DNA of 64,000 nucleotides, from NCBI RefSeq assembly GCF_003790525.1, contig NZ_CP033635.1. The stretch is one strand, 5' to 3'. Both the position numbers and the translations under genes were made by a program. Of this stretch, positions 16,811 to 27,998 are shown piece after piece. Below the pieces are notes generated by a model. It was not told where the DNA came from, did no database searches, and saw nothing but the letters and a program-made list of their open reading frames with translations. Position 1 is the first letter of the stretch. Each line of letters opens with the position of its first letter. This DNA is from Escherichia coli (GTDB lineage Bacteria > Pseudomonadota > Gammaproteobacteria > Enterobacterales > Enterobacteriaceae).

Positions 16811-17836
16811 ATGAAAGTATCAACTCTTGGTATCGACCTGGCAAAGAACGTTTTTCAGCTTCATGGTGTCGATCATGAAGGCCATACTATTTTGCGTAAA
16901 AAGCTCACCCGGGCTAAGTTTGTTCAGTTTGTGATTCAACTGGAACCTTGTCTGATTGGCATGGAAGCCTGCTCATCCAGTCATTATTTTGCGCGATTAT
17001 TCACCCGCTATGGTCATGAGGTAAAACTCATACCTCCGCAGTATGTGAAGCCTTATGTGAAAACGAACAAGACGGATGCAACAGATGCTGAAGCAATCTG
17101 CGAAGCGGTAACACGTCCGAATATGCGTTTTGTTCAGATAAAAACCGAAGAGCAGCAGGCCGTTTTAGCGTTACACACTGAACGGGGAATACTTATCCGT
17201 GAGCGGATTGCCTGTGCCAATAGTTTAAGAGCCACACTTGCTGAGTTTGGTATTACGATTGCGGCCGGACAAAACCATTTAACCCGTGAGCTGCCAGCCA
17301 TTCTGGAGGATGGCGAAAATGGTTTATCTCCCTTTGTCAGAACCAGCATCTACAGACAGTCTAAACATATCCGGGAACTTGAAGAACAAGTTAAACAGGT
17401 AGAAGAAGCTCTGGCCTCCTGGTATAGAACGCAGGAAGCCTGCCAGAGAATGGCCAAGATCCCGGGGGTTGGCATGCTAACGGCCACTTATGTGGTAGCA
17501 GCAGTGGGTAATGCCCGACAATTCAGTACCGCAAAGCAGTTCGCTTCATGGCTGGGGCTGACACCAAAGGAACATTCCAGCGGCGGGAAACAGCAACTGG
17601 GAGGGATCAGCAAACGTGGAGATGGATATTTCCGATACCTGCTGGTTCACGGCGCACGCGCACTTACCGCCAGGGTCAACCGAAACGGCGCGGTTGAGAA
17701 GAATTCCTGGCTTCAGGGACTCCTTGAGCGGAAGCACTACAATGTAGCTGTTGTCGCCATGGCGGCAAAAACAGCGAGGATCATGTGGTCAATGTTGTCA
17801 CACAATACTGAATATCAACCTCGGCAGCTCGCCTGA
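16811..17836 (+). CDS. IS110-family DEDD transposase/recombinase
   Basis: 341 aa; N-terminal LGIDLAK...GMEACSSSHYF...TDATDAEAI RuvC-like motifs; C-terminal IPGVG...LGLTPKEHSSGG...ISKRGD Transposase_20-like region. Confidence 0.85.
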   Translation: MKVSTLGIDLAKNVFQLHGVDHEGHTILRKKLTRAKFVQFVIQLEPCLIGMEACSSSHYFARLFTRYGHEVKLIPPQYVKPYVKTNKTDATDAEAICEAVTRPNMRFVQIKTEEQQAVLALHTERGILIRERIACANSLRATLAEFGITIAAGQNHLTRELPAILEDGENGLSPFVRTSIYRQSKHIRELEEQVKQVEEALASWYRTQEACQRMAKIPGVGMLTATYVVAAVGNARQFSTAKQFASWLGLTPKEHSSGGKQQLGGISKRGDGYFRYLLVHGARALTARVNRNGAVEKNSWLQGLLERKHYNVAVVAMAAKTARIMWSMLSHNTEYQPRQLA

Positions 17837-18112
17837 CACAAGGTCAGTCAATCTGACGAGGTGCTGAAAAAAAGTTAACGTCCTGGTAGGTGCAGGTGAC
17901 TTCAGAAGATGGCAAAACAGGTAAGACCGCAGGCAGGATACACCGAGAGGTAACAAGGGCAAGTTAGCCCGTAGAGGATGATTGGTACCTGCCTGGCGGA
18001 TTTCATCATGGTTCGGGATAAAAATCCCATCAGAAACCGGATATATGGCTGCACCTACCCGTTTTATTACATAACTGAAGAAAGCATTGCATTCCGGGAG
18101 CGTCCATATATG
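17837..18112 (+). ncRNA. Candidate guide (bridge/seek-type) RNA region in the IS 3' non-coding tail
   Basis: No credible ORF; by analogy with IS110/IS1111 elements that encode a target/donor-pairing ncRNA in their longer non-coding end. Exact RNA ends not determinable here. Confidence 0.3.
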
Positions 18113-18311
18113 TTACCTCGCGCCCGACCCGGTAGCCGCAAGGGATAAGCCGAGGGTACCGCGCAGCGGCGATTTTGTTCGCCAGAGCCCGGGGGGCAGG
18201 GGGCGGCGGCGATTGGCCGCCCCCTGCGCGCTCCTTGCGTCAGTGGCAATATGTGGCTTAGCTCATGAAAGGAGCGCAACAAGATGATGAATCAACATAT
18301 AACAACATTTT

Positions 18312-18340
18312 AAAAAAAGCCTGACATTGCGCCAGGCCTT
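18312..18340 (-). terminator. Rho-independent terminator of aqpZ
   Basis: On the minus strand GCCTGGCGCAATGTCAGGC followed by a T7 run, just past the aqpZ stop. Confidence 0.5.
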
Positions 18341-18349
18341 CTGCGTTAA

Positions 18350-19045
18350 TTAATTACGCTTTTCCAGCAGGGTCCGGTAAATCAGACCACCGATAATACC
18401 GCCGACAATTGGCACCACCCAGAAGAACCACAGTTGTTCTAACGCCCAGCCGCCCTGGAAGATAGCAACCGCGGTGCTGCGCGCCGGGTTAACAGAAGTG
18501 TTAGTCACCGGAATACTGATTAAGTGAATCAGGGTTAAGGCCAGACCAATAGCTATCGGCGCAAAACCTGCCGGAGCGAATTTGTCGGTTGCGCCGTGGA
18601 TCACTAACAGGAAGCCCGCACTCAATACCAGTTCAACTACCAGCGCGGAAAGCATGGAATAACCGCCTGGCGAATGCTCGCCATAACCGTTAGAAGCAAA
18701 ACCGCTGGCTGCCGCGTCAAAACCTGTTTTACCACTGGCAATTAAATACAGCAGCGCCGCCGCAACAATACCGCCGACAACCTGGGCAATTACGTAGCCA
18801 ACGACTTCTTTTGCCGGGAAACGTCCGCCAGCCCATAAACCAATAGTGACCGCCGGGTTAAAATGACCACCAGAAATATGACCAACAGCAAAGGCCATCG
18901 TCAGAACGGTCAGACCGAATGCAAGCGCCACGCCGGCAAAACCAATGCCTAATTCCGGGAAGCCTGCGGCCAGTACGGCACTACCACAGCCACCAAAAAC
19001 AAGCCAGAAAGTACCAAAACATTCAGCTGCTAATTTTCTGAACAT
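18350..19045 (-). CDS. aqpZ: Aquaporin Z
   Basis: 231 aa with two NPA motifs; start at [11 protein letters not shown]. Confidence 0.9.
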   Translation of the reverse strand: MFRKLAAECFGTFWLVFGGCGSAVLAAGFPELGIGFAGVALAFGLTVLTMAFAVGHISGGHFNPAVTIGLWAGGRFPAKEVVGYVIAQVVGGIVAAALLYLIASGKTGFDAAASGFASNGYGEHSPGGYSMLSALVVELVLSAGFLLVIHGATDKFAPAGFAPIAIGLALTLIHLISIPVTNTSVNPARSTAVAIFQGGWALEQLWFFWVVPIVGGIIGGLIYRTLLEKRN

Positions 19046-19470
19046 ATCCACCTCAATTAAAAATTGACCCTGTGAAAAATATGGTCGTTTTATAGGGTCG
19101 TCGTAAAAAAGTGACGACGGAAATAATGCGCGGCTATTTTAAAAACGAAGGCGAGTCATTCACCAGATAAATAAATCCAGTAAATTTGATTTAGGGCAAC
19201 AGCGGGTTGCCCCATATAGTCATTTGTCTGATTGACAGTGTAGTGCAAGCAAAAGATTTAATCCTTTAGGCGTAATAAAAAATAATTTATCATGCTAATT
19301 ATTTGATTTTGTTGTTTTTGCAGGCTTATCAGCAAGAGGGAGTATAACGCGATTATTCGCTCATTTTTCAGACATTTGCCATGCTTAAATGTGATGTCAT
19401 CACGTATTAGCATGGCCTTTCCCGTTATACTGCCAGCGTAAAGGATAAGTCACATATTTCTGGAGGGGAT

Positions 19471-21129
19471 ATGATTCTTGAGCGCGTTGAAATTGTGGGT
19501 TTTCGCGGTATCAACCGTTTGTCGTTGATGCTGGAACAAAACAACGTCCTGATTGGGGAGAACGCGTGGGGTAAATCCAGCTTGCTGGACGCCTTAACCC
19601 TGCTGCTATCGCCAGAATCAGATCTCTACCATTTTGAGCGCGACGATTTCTGGTTCCCGCCGGGAGATATCAACGGACGGGAACATCATTTGCATATTAT
19701 TTTGACCTTCCGCGAATCGCTGCCAGGCCGACATCGGGTACGCCGCTATCGGCCACTGGAAGCGTGCTGGACGCCATGCACCGATGGCTATCACCGTATT
19801 TTTTATCGTCTGGAAGGGGAGAGTGCGGAAGACGGCAGCGTGATGACACTCCGCAGTTTTCTCGATAAAGACGGACATCCGATTGATGTCGAGGATATTA
19901 ACGATCAGGCACGCCATCTGGTGCGTTTAATGCCGGTGCTGCGCTTGCGTGATGCCCGTTTTATGCGCCGTATTCGTAACGGCACGGTGCCAAATGTCCC
20001 TAATGTGGAAGTCACCGCGCGCCAGCTCGATTTCCTCGCCCGTGAGTTATCCTCACATCCGCAAAATCTCTCTGATGGGCAGATTCGTCAGGGACTTTCC
20101 GCAATGGTACAGCTGCTTGAGCATTATTTCTCTGAGCAGGGGGCCGGACAGGCGCGATATCGTTTAATGCGGCGGCGAGCCAGCAATGAGCAACGAAGCT
20201 GGCGCTATCTGGATATCATCAACCGGATGATTGACCGACCTGGAGGGCGCTCGTATCGGGTTATTTTGCTCGGCCTGTTTGCTACTTTGTTGCAGGCAAA
20301 AGGCACATTGCGACTGGATAAAGACGCCCGTCCATTGTTGCTGATCGAAGATCCAGAAACCCGTTTACACCCCATTATGCTTTCAGTTGCCTGGCATCTG
20401 TTGAATCTTCTGCCATTGCAGCGCATCGCTACTACCAACTCGGGAGAGTTGCTTTCGTTAACGCCGGTAGAGCATGTTTGCCGACTGGTACGTGAGTCCT
20501 CGCGCGTTGCCGCCTGGCGTCTGGGGCCGAGTGGTTTGAGTACCGAAGATAGCCGACGCATCTCTTTCCACATTCGTTTTAATCGTCCATCATCGCTGTT
20601 TGCACGCTGCTGGCTGCTGGTGGAAGGGGAAACAGAAACCTGGGTTATCAACGAACTGGCGCGCCAGTGTGGACACCATTTCGATGCCGAAGGGATTAAG
20701 GTCATTGAATTTGCCCAGTCCGGGCTAAAACCACTGGTGAAATTTGCCCGGCGAATGGGGATTGAATGGCATGTACTGGTCGATGGCGATGAAGCAGGGA
20801 AGAAATATGCCGCTACGGTACGCAGCCTGTTGAATAACGATCGGGAAGCCGAACGAGAACATTTAACGGCGTTACCGGCGCTGGATATGGAACATTTTAT
20901 GTATCGCCAGGGATTTTCCGATGTGTTCCACCGCGTGGCGCAAATCCCGGAAAATGTACCGATGAATCTGCGCAAAATTATCTCGAAAGCGATCCATCGC
21001 TCTTCCAAACCCGATCTTGCCATTGAAGTGGCAATGGAGGCCGGACGTCGTGGTGTGGATTCCGTACCGACGCTGCTGAAAAAAATGTTCTCACGCGTGC
21101 TGTGGCTGGCGCGCGGTCGCGCGGATTAA
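19471..21129 (+). CDS. ybjD: OLD-family-like ATPase/TOPRIM protein (DUF2813)
   Basis: 552 aa; N-terminal P-loop GENAWGKSSLLDAL; K-12 synteny (core gene). Confidence 0.8.
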   Translation: MILERVEIVGFRGINRLSLMLEQNNVLIGENAWGKSSLLDALTLLLSPESDLYHFERDDFWFPPGDINGREHHLHIILTFRESLPGRHRVRRYRPLEACWTPCTDGYHRIFYRLEGESAEDGSVMTLRSFLDKDGHPIDVEDINDQARHLVRLMPVLRLRDARFMRRIRNGTVPNVPNVEVTARQLDFLARELSSHPQNLSDGQIRQGLSAMVQLLEHYFSEQGAGQARYRLMRRRASNEQRSWRYLDIINRMIDRPGGRSYRVILLGLFATLLQAKGTLRLDKDARPLLLIEDPETRLHPIMLSVAWHLLNLLPLQRIATTNSGELLSLTPVEHVCRLVRESSRVAAWRLGPSGLSTEDSRRISFHIRFNRPSSLFARCWLLVEGETETWVINELARQCGHHFDAEGIKVIEFAQSGLKPLVKFARRMGIEWHVLVDGDEAGKKYAATVRSLLNNDREAEREHLTALPALDMEHFMYRQGFSDVFHRVAQIPENVPMNLRKIISKAIHRSSKPDLAIEVAMEAGRRGVDSVPTLLKKMFSRVLWLARGRAD

Positions 21130-22118
21130 CCGCGAAACATCGTGGCCATTTGTGGCTGAATAGCGTCGAGCATCTCATAGCGCCGACGGTATTCAGCCCG
21201 TTTTTTACTGGCGATTTCGGCAATCTCTTTTCGTGCTATCTGTGCTGGAAGGCGGTAATGGCGTTCAGCATCACATACGCCGCCAACCGATTCCCAGAAA
21301 GCGTTGTAATCAGCGTGGATCTTGCCTTCTTTATCGCGATAACGCAGGCTGCGGTAAATATGCGTTTCATTGCTGACGGCAATAATCTGCTCTACCTGCA
21401 AACGTTGGGCAAACAGACAGGCCGCTTCCATCACGAGGCGTTTGGGAAATAGCCCGTGGCAGGCTTTCGTCGCATTCTGGATTTCCTGATGTGGGATTTC
21501 CCATTTTGCGCCTTGCAGTCCGCCAATAAACATTGTTCTTTTCCCCTGATATTCACACAGGGTAAACGTGATCTCTGCCAGAGGAATACCTTCGCTGTTG
21601 CGAAACAGGATTGTGCTGTCACCTTCTTTATCCATTGAGATCATCATGGTCAGCTCAAGTGTGAACTGCTCGCCGTTTTTGCCTTCCAGCTTCGCCAGTT
21701 GCAGCCCGGGGGTATTCAAATATAAGCTGAATTCTTCCGCCGACATACACCCGCGGAGTAACGCATAATGGTAACGTAACGCCTCCAGCAATTGCTTACG
21801 GCTAAGATTCGCCGCAAGGTAAGGGCGATGCAGACGCACAGGCAGTCGCGGCTGGCGCGTTAACAACACATTGAGATTAGGCCAGTGGGAAAGTTCGTTC
21901 ATCCACTCAACGCTTAAACGCGGCATAATCAACGAGCGCAGCAAAAATTTCTGGCGAAAACTACGGCGATGCCAGAATTTACCCGGCCGACACTGTCCAC
22001 GTGCCAGACTAAGAAAAAGTGACAGGCTGCTGAGAGATTCAGATGGCGTAAAGGTCCGTTCAGTTAGCTGCGACATATTCATGAAATCAATGGTTATACA
22101 TGACGTCGATTTCACCAT
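21126..22118 (-). CDS. ybjX: DUF535 (VirK-like) protein
   Basis: 330 aa; synteny between ybjD and macA. Confidence 0.8.
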   Translation of the reverse strand: MVKSTSCITIDFMNMSQLTERTFTPSESLSSLSLFLSLARGQCRPGKFWHRRSFRQKFLLRSLIMPRLSVEWMNELSHWPNLNVLLTRQPRLPVRLHRPYLAANLSRKQLLEALRYHYALLRGCMSAEEFSLYLNTPGLQLAKLEGKNGEQFTLELTMMISMDKEGDSTILFRNSEGIPLAEITFTLCEYQGKRTMFIGGLQGAKWEIPHQEIQNATKACHGLFPKRLVMEAACLFAQRLQVEQIIAVSNETHIYRSLRYRDKEGKIHADYNAFWESVGGVCDAERHYRLPAQIARKEIAEIASKKRAEYRRRYEMLDAIQPQMATMFRG

Positions 22119-22232
22119 TGCGTATCTTAACCAAACATCAATAGTGTGATTACTAACGTAAATTTTAGGGTTTTGTTGATATTTCGTTGAAGTTAATGAC
22201 CCGGATTGGCATATGGAGTATTCAGAATATTT

Positions 22233-23348
22233 ATGAAAAAGCGGAAAACCGTGAAGAAGCGTTACGTTATTGCGCTGGTGATAGTCATCGCCGGACTGAT
22301 TACGTTATGGAGAATTCTTAACGCACCCGTTCCGACTTATCAGACGCTGATTGTGCGCCCCGGTGATTTACAGCAAAGCGTGCTGGCGACCGGAAAGCTG
22401 GACGCGCTGCGTAAGGTTGACGTGGGCGCGCAGGTCAGCGGTCAGTTGAAAACGCTGTCGGTGGCGATTGGCGATAAAGTAAAAAAAGACCAGCTTTTAG
22501 GGGTTATTGATCCTGAACAGGCTGAAAACCAGATCAAGGAGGTGGAAGCAACGCTGATGGAGCTACGCGCGCAGCGGCAGCAGGCGGAAGCGGAGCTGAA
22601 ACTGGCGCGGGTGACGTATTCCCGTCAGCAACGTCTTGCACAAACGCAAGCGGTTTCACAGCAGGATCTCGATACCGCCGCGACGGAGATGGCTGTGAAA
22701 CAGGCGCAAATTGGCACCATTGACGCGCAAATCAAGCGCAATCAGGCCTCACTCGATACGGCTAAAACCAATCTCGATTACACCCGCATCGTTGCCCCGA
22801 TGGCCGGGGAAGTCACGCAAATCACCACTCTGCAAGGCCAGACGGTGATTGCCGCACAACAAGCACCGAACATTCTGACGCTGGCAGATATGAGCACCAT
22901 GCTGGTAAAAGCGCAGGTTTCTGAAGCGGATGTAATCCACCTGAAGCCGGGGCAAAAAGCCTGGTTTACGGTACTAGGCGATCCGCTGACGCGCTATGAG
23001 GGGCAAATCAAGGATGTGCTACCGACGCCGGAAAAGGTTAACGACGCTATTTTCTATTACGCCCGTTTTGAAGTCCCCAACCCCAATGGTTTGCTGCGGC
23101 TGGATATGACCGCGCAAGTGCATATTCAGCTCACCGATGTGAAAAATGTGCTGACGATCCCTCTGTTGGCGTTAGGCGATCCGGTTGGCGATAATCGTTA
23201 TAAAGTCAAATTGTTGCGTAATGGTGAAACACGCGAGCGTGAAGTGACGATTGGCGCACGTAACGATACCGATGTTGAGATTGTCAAAGGGCTGGAAGCG
23301 GGCGATGAAGTGGTGATTGGTGAGGCCAAACCAGGAGCTGCACAATGA
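22233..23348 (+). CDS. macA: Macrolide efflux membrane-fusion protein
   Basis: Coiled-coil/HlyD-like periplasmic adaptor; start at MKKRKTVKK. Confidence 0.9.
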   Translation: MKKRKTVKKRYVIALVIVIAGLITLWRILNAPVPTYQTLIVRPGDLQQSVLATGKLDALRKVDVGAQVSGQLKTLSVAIGDKVKKDQLLGVIDPEQAENQIKEVEATLMELRAQRQQAEAELKLARVTYSRQQRLAQTQAVSQQDLDTAATEMAVKQAQIGTIDAQIKRNQASLDTAKTNLDYTRIVAPMAGEVTQITTLQGQTVIAAQQAPNILTLADMSTMLVKAQVSEADVIHLKPGQKAWFTVLGDPLTRYEGQIKDVLPTPEKVNDAIFYYARFEVPNPNGLLRLDMTAQVHIQLTDVKNVLTIPLLALGDPVGDNRYKVKLLRNGETREREVTIGARNDTDVEIVKGLEAGDEVVIGEAKPGAAQ

Positions 23349-25291
23349 CGCCTTTGCTCGAATTAAAGGATATTCGTCGCAGCTATCCTGCCGGTGATGA
23401 GCAGGTTGAGGTGCTGAAGGGCATCAGCCTCGATATTTATGCCGGTGAGATGGTAGCGATTGTTGGCGCTTCGGGTTCCGGCAAATCGACCCTGATGAAT
23501 ATTCTCGGCTGCCTGGATAAGGCCACCAGCGGCACCTATCGCGTCGCCGGTCAGGATGTTGCCACGCTGGACGCCGATGCGCTGGCGCAACTGCGCCGCG
23601 AGCATTTCGGCTTTATTTTCCAGCGTTACCATTTGCTTTCGCATTTAACCGCCGAGCAGAACGTTGAAGTTCCCGCCGTCTATGCTGGTCTTGAGCGGAA
23701 ACAGCGGCTGCTTCGCGCCCAGGAGTTGCTGCAACGACTGGGGCTGGAAGACCGTACAGAGTATTATCCGGCACAGCTTTCGGGTGGTCAGCAACAGCGT
23801 GTCAGCATCGCGCGGGCATTGATGAACGGCGGTCAGGTAATTCTTGCCGATGAACCAACCGGTGCACTGGACAGCCATTCTGGCGAAGAGGTGATGGCGA
23901 TCCTGCATCAGCTGCGCGATCGCGGGCATACGGTGATTATCGTCACCCACGATCCGCAGGTTGCTGCTCAGGCCGAGCGGGTGATCGAAATTCGTGACGG
24001 CGAAATTGTGCACAATCCTCCCGCCGTTGAAAAAGTGAATGCTACTGGCGGGACGGAACCTGTTGTCAACACGGCGTCTGGCTGGCGGCAGTTTGTCAGC
24101 GGTTTTAACGAGGCGCTGACGATGGCATGGCGGGCGCTGGCAGCGAATAAAATGCGTACTTTACTGACCATGCTGGGGATTATTATCGGTATTGCGTCGG
24201 TGGTTTCCATTGTCGTGGTGGGCGACGCCGCCAAACAAATGGTGCTGGCGGATATTCGTTCTATTGGTACGAATACTATTGATGTCTATCCCGGGAAAGA
24301 TTATGGCGATGACGATCCGCAATATCAGCAGGCGCTGAAGTACGACGACTTAATCGCCATCCAAAAACAACCGTGGGTCGCCTCAGCCACACCTGCCGTC
24401 TCGCAAAACCTGCGCCTGCGTTATAACAATGTTGATGTGGCTGCCAGTGCCAATGGCGTGAGCGGCGATTATTTTAATGTCTATGGCATGACCTTCAGTG
24501 AAGGGAACACCTTTAATCAGGAGCAGCTGAACGGTCGTGCGCAGGTGGTGGTTCTCGACAGTAATACTCGCCGCCAGCTTTTCCCCCATAAAGCAGATGT
24601 GGTTGGCGAGGTGATTCTGGTCGGCAATATGCCCGCCAGAGTCATTGGTGTGGCGGAAGAAAAACAGTCGATGTTTGGTAGCAGTAAAGTGCTGCGTGTC
24701 TGGCTACCTTACAGCACGATGTCCGGGCGAGTTATGGGCCAGTCGTGGCTGAACTCCATTACTGTCAGGGTGAAAGAAGGATTTGACAGCGCCGAGGCGG
24801 AACAGCAACTCACGCGTTTACTTTCACTGCGCCACGGTAAGAAGGATTTCTTTACCTGGAACATGGATGGTGTCTTGAAAACCGTTGAAAAGACCACACG
24901 TACTTTACAACTGTTTCTGACGCTGGTGGCGGTGATTTCGCTGGTGGTGGGCGGTATTGGTGTAATGAATATTATGCTGGTGTCAGTGACCGAGCGGACG
25001 CGGGAAATTGGCATTCGCATGGCTGTAGGTGCGCGAGCAAGCGATGTTTTGCAACAGTTCCTGATCGAAGCCGTACTGGTTTGCCTGGTCGGTGGCGCGT
25101 TGGGAATAACACTGTCACTGTTAATTGCTTTCACCTTGCAGCTTTTCTTACCCGGCTGGGAGATTGGTTTTTCACCGTTGGCACTGCTGCTGGCGTTTCT
25201 CTGCTCGACGGTCACCGGGATTTTATTTGGCTGGTTACCCGCACGAAATGCGGCACGACTGGATCCAGTAGATGCTCTGGCACGAGAGTAA
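23345..25291 (+). CDS. macB: Macrolide export ABC transporter ATPase/permease
   Basis: 648 aa; N-terminal ABC ATPase ([17 protein letters not shown]) plus C-terminal FtsX-like permease. Confidence 0.9.
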   Translation: MTPLLELKDIRRSYPAGDEQVEVLKGISLDIYAGEMVAIVGASGSGKSTLMNILGCLDKATSGTYRVAGQDVATLDADALAQLRREHFGFIFQRYHLLSHLTAEQNVEVPAVYAGLERKQRLLRAQELLQRLGLEDRTEYYPAQLSGGQQQRVSIARALMNGGQVILADEPTGALDSHSGEEVMAILHQLRDRGHTVIIVTHDPQVAAQAERVIEIRDGEIVHNPPAVEKVNATGGTEPVVNTASGWRQFVSGFNEALTMAWRALAANKMRTLLTMLGIIIGIASVVSIVVVGDAAKQMVLADIRSIGTNTIDVYPGKDYGDDDPQYQQALKYDDLIAIQKQPWVASATPAVSQNLRLRYNNVDVAASANGVSGDYFNVYGMTFSEGNTFNQEQLNGRAQVVVLDSNTRRQLFPHKADVVGEVILVGNMPARVIGVAEEKQSMFGSSKVLRVWLPYSTMSGRVMGQSWLNSITVRVKEGFDSAEAEQQLTRLLSLRHGKKDFFTWNMDGVLKTVEKTTRTLQLFLTLVAVISLVVGGIGVMNIMLVSVTERTREIGIRMAVGARASDVLQQFLIEAVLVCLVGGALGITLSLLIAFTLQLFLPGWEIGFSPLALLLAFLCSTVTGILFGWLPARNAARLDPVDALARE

Positions 25292-25302
25292 TTTTTGAGA
25301 TA

Positions 25303-25331
25303 AAAATGCCAGCCGATCGGGCTGGCATTTT
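25303..25331. terminator. Bidirectional terminator between macB and cspD
   Basis: AAAAATGCCAGCCGATCGGGCTGGCATTTTG: hairpin with A-run and T-run on either side. Confidence 0.6.
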
Positions 25332-25363
25332 GCCTTTAGGATGTACACAATGAGACAGAAGAG

Positions 25364-25588
25364 CTATGCGACTGCCGCTTCTACTTCGACGGGCACAATA
25401 ACACTGGCGTGATTGCCTTTTGGCCCCTGGTGGACATCAAACTGAACGGATTGTCCAGCTTTTAGCGTTCTGTAACCATCCATCTGAATGGTGGAATAAT
25501 GAGCGAAAATATCTTCGCCGCCGCCTTCAGGGCAGATGAAACCAAACCCTTTGGCATTGTTGAACCACTTAACAGTACCCTTTTCCAT
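25364..25588 (-). CDS. cspD: Stationary-phase cold-shock-domain protein
   Basis: MEKGTVKWFNNAKGFGFI... CSD; start at MEKGTV rather than the upstream ATG. Confidence 0.9.
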   Translation of the reverse strand: MEKGTVKWFNNAKGFGFICPEGGGEDIFAHYSTIQMDGYRTLKAGQSVQFDVHQGPKGNHASVIVPVEVEAAVA

Positions 25589-25945
25589 GCTTCGACATCC
25601 TTCGCAAATCTTATACAAGTAAGATGGAATAAACCGGGGTCAGAGAGGGGGCTGTTCAAAACCTCGCCAACTCTAGAAATACAATTTAGAGAATTAGGGC
25701 GAGCCGTCAAGCATTTGACAGGGGACAGGGGGCAGGTATGAATCAAAAATTTGAAGCAGTTAACGCTATTGACAGGAATGTGACAGATGTCGCTGATGCC
25801 AACGATAGATGATAGTTATTTATCATCTAGTGTTCGCGGGTGTTCGTGGTAGTGTTTTGTGTGCATTCATCGCTATGATTATAAAGGAAAATTTTGTTTT
25901 ACTTGTTCGCTCTTGTTCGTCACGGTTTGCCCTTGTACGATGCAC

Positions 25946-25969
25946 GGTGTAGTCAATGGTGTAGTTAAT
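25946..25969. repeat. Island attL direct repeat
   Basis: GGTGTAGTCAATGGTGTAGTTAAT; an additional GTTCGCGG(G/T)TGTTCG block at 25832-25846 is also repeated at the right end (36264-36278). Confidence 0.65.
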
Positions 25970-25992
25970 TTTGATGACCGGAAACGCGAAAC

Positions 25993-27231
25993 ATGAGCAG
26001 CGCAATTCATAGACTTAGCGACACTCTTTTACGAAAATTAAGCGGATCACCAACCACAAAAAACGCCTTTTTTAATGACGGTGGCAATCTTAGCGTAAGA
26101 CATTCCACCAGCGGCCTGTTAACCTGGTATTTCACTTACAGGGCCGGAACTGGCAGGCAGGTATCACCGGAACGCCTGAGACTGGGCAACTATCCCGATC
26201 TGAGCCTGAAAGCAGCCAGGGAAAAAGCGGCACAGTGTCGCGCCTGGCTGGCGGAGGGGAAAAATCCACGCCATGAGCTTAATCACACAGTGCAGGAAGC
26301 GTTAGCCCCCGTGACGGTTAAGGACGCGCTCACTTACTGGCTTGAGTCGTATGCGAAGGAAAAGCGCACTGACCACGAATCACTGAAAAGCCGTATCAAT
26401 AAGCACATAATCAGCCAGATTGGTGCTATGCCGCTGGATAAATGCGAGCTACGCCACTGGCTGGCCTGTTTTGACCAGCTTGCTAAGCGTAATCCGGTAT
26501 CAGCCGGCTTTTTGTTGCAGGTATGCAAACAGGCGCTTAAGTACTGCCGTAAACGTCGCTACGCCGTCAGTAACGTTCTTGATGATATGGTCGTAGGTGA
26601 TGTGGGAAAAAAAGCAGAAATAAGCGAGCGAGTGCTAACAAACAAGGAGCTTGGCGAGCTACTCCGCGCACTGGATGAAAAAATTTTCCCGCCGTACTAC
26701 AGCGCTTTAATTCGCCTTCTGATTGTCTTCGGATGCCGTACCACTGAGCTAAGACGCTCCGAGGTTCGGGAATGGGATTTTAAAGAAATGCTCTGGACTG
26801 TGCCGAAAGAACACAGCAAAACGAAGGTAGCAATATTCAGGCCAATACCGGAAGCGATCTTGCCGTTCGTCATGAAGCTGGTGGAGCAGAACAGGCACAC
26901 GGGCTTATTGCTTGGAGAACTGAAAGGGCAATCATCCGTAGCAGAGTACGGAAGAACGGCACACAGACGCATTAATCAAGCCCCCTGGTCGTTGCACGAC
27001 ATCCGGCACACATTTACAACCATGCTGAACGATTTAGGCGTGGATCCGCATATTGTCGAACAGCTTACTGCCCACCAGATGCCAGGAATGCAACGCGTCT
27101 ATAACCACTCCCGTTATCTCGATGCAAAGCGTGACGCTCTTAATCTATGGGTAGACCGTCTCGAGCTTCTCCAGAACAATGATGAAAAAATCGTTGTTAT
27201 GACCCCGCGAATTTACCCCCAAAATTCTTGA
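25993..27231 (+). CDS. int: Tyrosine integrase (P4-type)
   Basis: 412 aa; C-terminal catalytic region (...HDIRHTFTTML...YNHSRYLD) adjacent to the att repeat. Confidence 0.85.
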   Translation: MSSAIHRLSDTLLRKLSGSPTTKNAFFNDGGNLSVRHSTSGLLTWYFTYRAGTGRQVSPERLRLGNYPDLSLKAAREKAAQCRAWLAEGKNPRHELNHTVQEALAPVTVKDALTYWLESYAKEKRTDHESLKSRINKHIISQIGAMPLDKCELRHWLACFDQLAKRNPVSAGFLLQVCKQALKYCRKRRYAVSNVLDDMVVGDVGKKAEISERVLTNKELGELLRALDEKIFPPYYSALIRLLIVFGCRTTELRRSEVREWDFKEMLWTVPKEHSKTKVAIFRPIPEAILPFVMKLVEQNRHTGLLLGELKGQSSVAEYGRTAHRRINQAPWSLHDIRHTFTTMLNDLGVDPHIVEQLTAHQMPGMQRVYNHSRYLDAKRDALNLWVDRLELLQNNDEKIVVMTPRIYPQNS

Positions 27232-27650
27232 CAAATTACGGCTGTTTTTTCTTTAAGAGATTACAGCCGTGAATAGATCTTAGAATATCGGGGAATATCT
27301 GCAAATATCTTCTCTTTATATGTGTCAACTATCGAAAAAAATTGAAATGTCTTCTTCTGAGTTCTTATTCTCTGTTTCTTGATTGTTCCAACATCTGATG
27401 GTTTATCTATTTGTTTTTAATGAGGTAATTCAGGTGACATGCCAAATGACGACATTTTTTGTTGCGTCGCTTAAAAACTCGTGACACGATTTTAAACACT
27501 AACGAGCTTCTACGAACCTTAGCGAACAAAGCCTTTAGCATGGTTGTGTTTTTAATTTAAGAGGTGAAAAAGAATCTAAGTAATATCCGATCTCATATAT
27601 CTACAGCTAAGAGAAAAGTTTATATACGTAATTTTTATGTAGGTTTTTGT

Positions 27651-27860
27651 ATGCGTGAAATAAATGAAGATCGCGTAATCCGTGAGGATGAATGTCGTAA
27701 GTTAACTGGAGTGTGTCGCACTACACGCTACGAACTGGAGAAAAAAGGGAGCTTTCCGTCTCGCCGTAATCTTGGTGGGCGTTCTGTAGGTTGGCTGCTG
27801 TCCGAGGTTATGGAATGGGTTAAAAGCCGGGATCGCATTAATTCAGGCAAGGCAGCGTAA
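27651..27860 (+). CDS. alpA: AlpA-family phage transcriptional regulator (excisionase-like HTH)
   Basis: ~69 aa from MREINEDRV...; layout resembles AlpA/Vis-family proteins; position right after int. Confidence 0.65.
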   Translation: MREINEDRVIREDECRKLTGVCRTTRYELEKKGSFPSRRNLGGRSVGWLLSEVMEWVKSRDRINSGKAA

Positions 27861-27998
27861 AGGGGAGTATATGACACATAAAACAAAGGCGACCGGGGGC
27901 GGTCGCCAATGGGAAAACACTAAACATAAGCCCGAACATCATAGCGATTTGCTGGCTGGTGGGCAATGTGTCCAGTGTGGTGGCTTGCTGGTGGATTG

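Larger units (their letters stand above)
16725..18112 (+). mobile_element. IS110-family insertion sequence (IS1111-like layout: short 5' end, ~275-bp 3' non-coding tail); boundaries approximate
   Basis: Transposase ORF flanked by inverted 11-mers ATGGACGCTCC (16732-16742) and GGAGCGTCCAT (18097-18107); the element sits at a synteny breakpoint. Confidence 0.55.

Noticed and set aside
19471-21129. OLD/TOPRIM-like ATPase (ybjD) as a possible novel defence system
   Set aside because: It matches the K-12 core gene ybjD in sequence and flanking synteny (aqpZ/ybjX), with no sign of recent acquisition, so it is not novel here.
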